Of a stretch of DNA of 26,761 bases, positions 22,753 to 26,761 are shown piece after piece. Every line of letters begins with the position of its first letter. Position 1 is the stretch's first letter. The stretch lies in assembly GCA_027604505.1 (NCBI GenBank), contig JADIIX010000013.1, positions 248,001 to 274,761 of the forward strand, given 5' to 3'. The translations under genes and the position numbers were made by a program. Under the pieces are notes generated by a model, which was given only the letters and a program-made list of their open reading frames with translations, was not told the DNA's origin and did not search any database. Origin of the DNA: Gonapodya sp. JEL0774. Its lineage: Eukaryota.

Positions 22753-22891
22753 AGGGAGGCAAGGGGAGTGGTGGGAGTGGGAGTGTGGTGTGAGAAAAGG
22801 AGCGGGGAAGGGGTTGGGGGTGTTGGGTTGGGCTGGGGGATCGGGGACAGACCTGGATGGGAAGGTGCAATGTGCACGGTGGTGCAACCAC
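22039..22891 (+). repeat. Copy 1 of a diverged direct repeat (TPR penultimate-exon part, last intron, last exon, 3' flank); copy 2 is at ~25420-26437
   Basis: Collinear matches, e.g. gctccgcctgtcccccgacgac / gctccgtctgtcccccgccgac; cacaaggggcccggacccgtc / cacaaggggcccggcccgtc; gaatcccacgccaacct in both; both end at ggtgcaaccaca. Confidence 0.9.
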
Positions 22892-23335
22892 AGGACGCGA
22901 GCGGTGATCCTTGATTGAGGCGGTGTCCGGCTGCTCAATGCTCACAATATGGAGCTCAGTAGGAATGCAGTGTGTTGTAGCGACGCGCCGCCGACAGACA
23001 ATATTACCACCAACTCCGCGCTTTTTGAGAATGGATAAGGCTTCAGCGATCAGTGCAAAGTCAGATGAAAAGTCTTGACACTGTGCTTGCCGACGGGGTG
23101 CAAATCGTGGTTTGTGATGCTGTGCAGGACGTGGCCGACGGAAGTGCGGAACCTCGGGCAAACTCGATTGTTGGGGATCACCTGGGAATCGGCACGTTGG
23201 GCCTTTTCTGGTGAGCTCAATCATTATTCTTATTTGGCGCACGTTTTGGATGTCGACCTCCCCTCGCCAAAGCTCGAACGCCAATCCCTCCCCTCCTTTG
23301 TTCTGCTTCTTTTCACGCCATTCCCACATATTCTA

Positions 23336-24691
23336 ATGGAGAGCATCAGGAACATACGACTCATCGATGCTGTGGAGGCGAAAAACGTTGAGTTGGTCAA
23401 GAAACTGTTGGCAAGTGGTGCGGATGCCAATTTCAGGAAGAAAGTTACCCTGACTCGAAACGTCGACCGTGGCTCGAAAACTGACACAGTGGAATGCGAG
23501 TCATTATTGGCACTTGCCATCATTTTTGGCAGCGTAGACATTACCACAGCCCTATTGGAAGCAGGAGCAGATCCTAGACAGGAAATTAAGTGGAACATTC
23601 CATACACAGAGTCTGATAATTGGACTTTGGACAAGTGGAAAAACCGCTGGTGCCCAATATTGCAATGGCCTTCTGCGCTGGCACTTGCTCTCTCTCTCTG
23701 CGGTAAGGCAACAAGGTTGTCAGATGAAGCACAAGTCAATTCTTATGTGGACTTCCACAATGGTAACCGATTACGTCCGTTGGACCTTTGTAATGGCAAA
23801 TTTCCTACCAGCAAGGCTGGTGCCGAAGTACAATTGAGTGGGAATCCTACGACCATACCGGATCTTTTTATCGAAGTGAATCACCAACCACGTCTGGACA
23901 TGGTTGCAAGTCTCCTCAAACACGGAGGCCCCTTTCTTGTCACACCAGAACTCTACGCGGCAGTGAAGAGCATGAGCGACACACGCTTTCTCCAACTCAT
24001 GGAACATTCTCTTGACGAGGGGATGGAGCTCGCCAAGGAAATTATCCGCCCCACGCCTGGTTCTAACGACGTTGCGGACCTCCGCGCTCAGGTCGAGGCC
24101 CTTACAACAAGGATCCTTTCTGACGATGACAAACACCAGCAATCTGTCCAAAACCTTAAATTGCAATTCGAGGTGCGAATTGCCGCCCTCGAGCGCAAAG
24201 TCGCCATTCTCCAACAATCGGGCCCTTCGACGCATCAGAGTCAGGAGTTTCCGCCGCCTATCGATGTGAAAAAGGTCATGCACGTGAATGCAGACTATAG
24301 TCCCCTCCAGAGCGACGAAATTGAACTGATGGTTGGCCAAATGGTGTTTTGCAACTTGCAGTATCACGATGGATGGGGCCAAGTGAGTACAAGCCAGTAT
24401 TGGAGCGCCGCAAGCGCACACTAAATTTGCGTTGGCCGGCGCCAATATCAGGGCATGAACACCATCACAGGAGTGTCGGGGTACTTCCCCATGTCACACG
24501 TTTCCACGACCCCCACGCCGATGCCCAGTGCGCCACCTTTTACAATGAGAATGGATTCTATTGAACGCTGGGCACCGTTGCCCCCTCTGAGTCAGCGTGC
24601 TTCGATAACACAGTCGCAGTCGAGCGGGTCATACAGAAGGCAGGCTGCGCCAAGTACAAGGAATGTGGCGGACGTGAGAGGACCGGTGTGA
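23336..24691 (+). CDS. Ankyrin-repeat / coiled-coil / SH3 domain protein. Exon 1 is 23336-24382, exon 2 is 24452-24691.
   Basis: Ankyrin-like LIDAVEAKNVELVKKLLASGADAN and SLLALAIIFGSVDITTALLEAGADP. Heptad region VADLRAQVEAL...IAALERKVAILQQ. SH3 VNADYSPLQSDEIELMVGQMV...DGWGQ|GMNTITGVSGYFPMSHV, completed across a phase-0 intron (GTGAGT 24383, CAG 24451). Confidence 0.88.
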
Positions 24692-25419
24692 AGCGCAGGG
24701 AGTTGGTGTGATAGTATAGGTACAGGTATAAGAAGTGGATAACTGGGTTTTGTAGAGGGTCGTGAACCACCTTGTGGAACTTTCTGTTTCATAACCGCCG
24801 TCATTATATTTCTCCCTCTCTGCAAGCTTTCGAAAAAAAGCAAAACCGGAAGAGAATATGAGAAATTGGAGGTTGAGGAGTGTGTGGTGCATGCTGATGG
24901 GGCGTTTTCGGGACAGTTATTTGGCAATCATCGCTAAATTGGAGGAAGATTCGAAAAGATGGGAAGGGCGTGACGAGGATCCGGACGATCAAGCTGTTTG
25001 AAGATGCTGAGACGAAAGTCATTGGGGCTGCGCATGAGTGCATACGTGGTTTGCGAAGACGGAGGGCATCGGTCAAGTCGGCGAAAGAGTTCGAGATGCT
25101 GAGGAAGCTTGGAAGTGAACGAAAAGCAATGACGATATCATGAGAGTCGACAAAGTTGTGGCAACCTCTGCTGCGATGCGAATGTGGACGATTGGATACT
25201 CAAACGAAGGAAGTTGCCCAAGTCGAGGAAAGCGACAGCGATAGCGACGTCCAGAAAGTATAATATTCTGGTTGCTTGAACACACTATCGTGGTTTCAAA
25301 GAATGAAACTCGGGGGGTGAATGTGGAGGAAGGGAACGAGGTCAAGGCGGAGGACATCTGCTCCTCAACGCCCCGGCGGACTCCTATGCTCCCGTACCTT
25401 TCTTATTTGAAATCTATTC

Positions 25420-26088
25420 GCTCCGTCTGTCCCCCGCCGACACTGATGTCATGTTCAACCTAGTGGCTGTGTTGTAGGCAAAGGCGGGGGCCCGCGCGGG
25501 GGAGGGGGGAGGGAACGGGATGGGGAAGGAGAACATGGAAAGGAGGGAAAGGAGGGGGAACACCGTAAGGGAGATGGAGGAGGCGGAGAGGTGGTACACC
25601 CAGGCGGGGGGGAGAGGGGGTGGAGAGTGGGTTTCTTTTTTGGGATGGGGGCGGGCGGGGGAACAAGGCGTGTGCCGTGTGGGGGAGACAGGAGTCGGTG
25701 AATCACGATTGGTGCGCGGGGACGCCTACGTGCGACCGGGTGGGATGGTGGGACAGGTGGGATGGTGGGCGGGTGGACGGTCGGCCTTGGTCCGTTGACG
25801 GAGGGCAGAGAGCACAAGGGGCCCGGCCCGTCCGGGCTGGCGACTGGGGCTGGCGACTGGGGTGGAGGAGGTGGAGGTAGTGGATTTGGTGGCGTCAGTT
25901 TGGCGCGACTCATGACTCACCATGTGAACCCCAAACCGCCCATCCCCGAACGGAAAGAATCCCACGCCAACCTCCGCAACCTGAGGGCAAAACTGGACGC
26001 AAAACGAAGGGAGAGGGACGGGAGTGGAGCAGCGGGAGTGGTGGGAGTAAGAGGAGTGGGGTGTGAGGGAAGGAGGGTCAGGGGATAG
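25420..26088 (+). pseudogene. 5'-truncated degenerate duplicate of the TPR gene's last two exons
   Basis: LRLSPADTDVMFNLVAVL*AKAG has GAG>TAG at 25475-25477. It continues VREMEEAERWY, retains the intron, and has SHANLRNLRAKLDAKR. It begins mid-exon with no upstream TPR exons. Confidence 0.85.
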
Positions 26089-26761
26089 GAGGGAGGGAGG
26101 GACAGGGAGTGAGGAGGCGATGAATGTGCTGAGCTGGGATTACGGGTTTGGTTCTGCGGGACATGCGGTGGTGCGACGGTGGACCTTGGGTGCGCAGGGT
26201 GCGGGTGCGGGAACCACACGCCGAACTGTTGGTGTCGGGTAATGTGTGGCGGATAATAAAGTGCGCAGACCGGGTGCTGGGTTCTGGGGTTGGTCGACGG
26301 TGTGCCAAAGTGGAGGTGCCTTGTAATTGTGAGAGGGTCTCGTGTGCGGCGTTTGTGGCGCGTGCGAGAGGGGGGTTGGGTTCGGGGATCAGGGACGGAA
26401 CTGGACGGGACGGGGCATCGCGCACGGTGCAACCACACGTCCCATCGTGCACTGGTACCATGGAGTTAGGGCAGGACCGGACTGAACCGCCACGACGGTG
26501 TCCGAACGGGTCGTGAGTGGTGCCTATGTCACCCCCCTAAGACGGCGCGACTCATTGATACATAGACGGGCGGCGTACCTCCTAGCGGCGCATTGGTGTG
26601 TCCCGTCCCCTGTGCGCTCTGTGGTGGGGATATGGAGTTTTACACGGGCAGGGGGTCATGGATGTACGTATTGGTGTGAGAGTTTGTAGTGTAACCGTGA
26701 CGGTTCCGTGGGTCCGGACGTAGTCTCGAGTACTCGTATGTATATTGCTAGTGTCTCTAGT

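Noticed and set aside
24900..25419. Coding-looking purine-rich stretch downstream of the ANK-SH3 gene
   Set aside because: The plus-strand frames are interrupted by stops and no protein family is recognisable, so a call cannot be supported.

Overview
Intron-containing eukaryotic genomic DNA, very likely fungal. Introns are short GT-AG with GTGAGT/GTAAGT/GTGCGT/GTGGGT donors and CTRAY-type branch points. The gene content suggests an early-diverging (chytrid/monoblepharid-like) fungus, which is an inference. The left 14.5 kb is gene-dense: an F-box-like/Cys-rich hypothetical gene (-, runs off the left edge), APC4 (+), a short HGSNAT/NagX-like membrane acetyltransferase (-), a GEN1/Yen1-like XPG-family protein whose active site looks degenerate and whose tail carries four 27-aa tandem repeats (+), and an allantoate/nicotinate-type MFS permease (-). 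Next comes a ~6 kb stretch with no recognisable gene, containing low-complexity tracts and a cluster of TTCCCGC (E2F-like) motifs. The right end has a TPR gene (+), an ankyrin/coiled-coil/SH3 gene (+), and a degenerate second copy of the TPR gene's 3' part, so the ANK-SH3 gene sits between ~0.85-1 kb diverged direct repeats. The most notable observations are the apparent pseudo-resolvase, the repeat-bracketed ANK-SH3 cassette and the bacterial-style HGSNAT homologue. All exon boundaries and family assignments were made by eye, with no database search.
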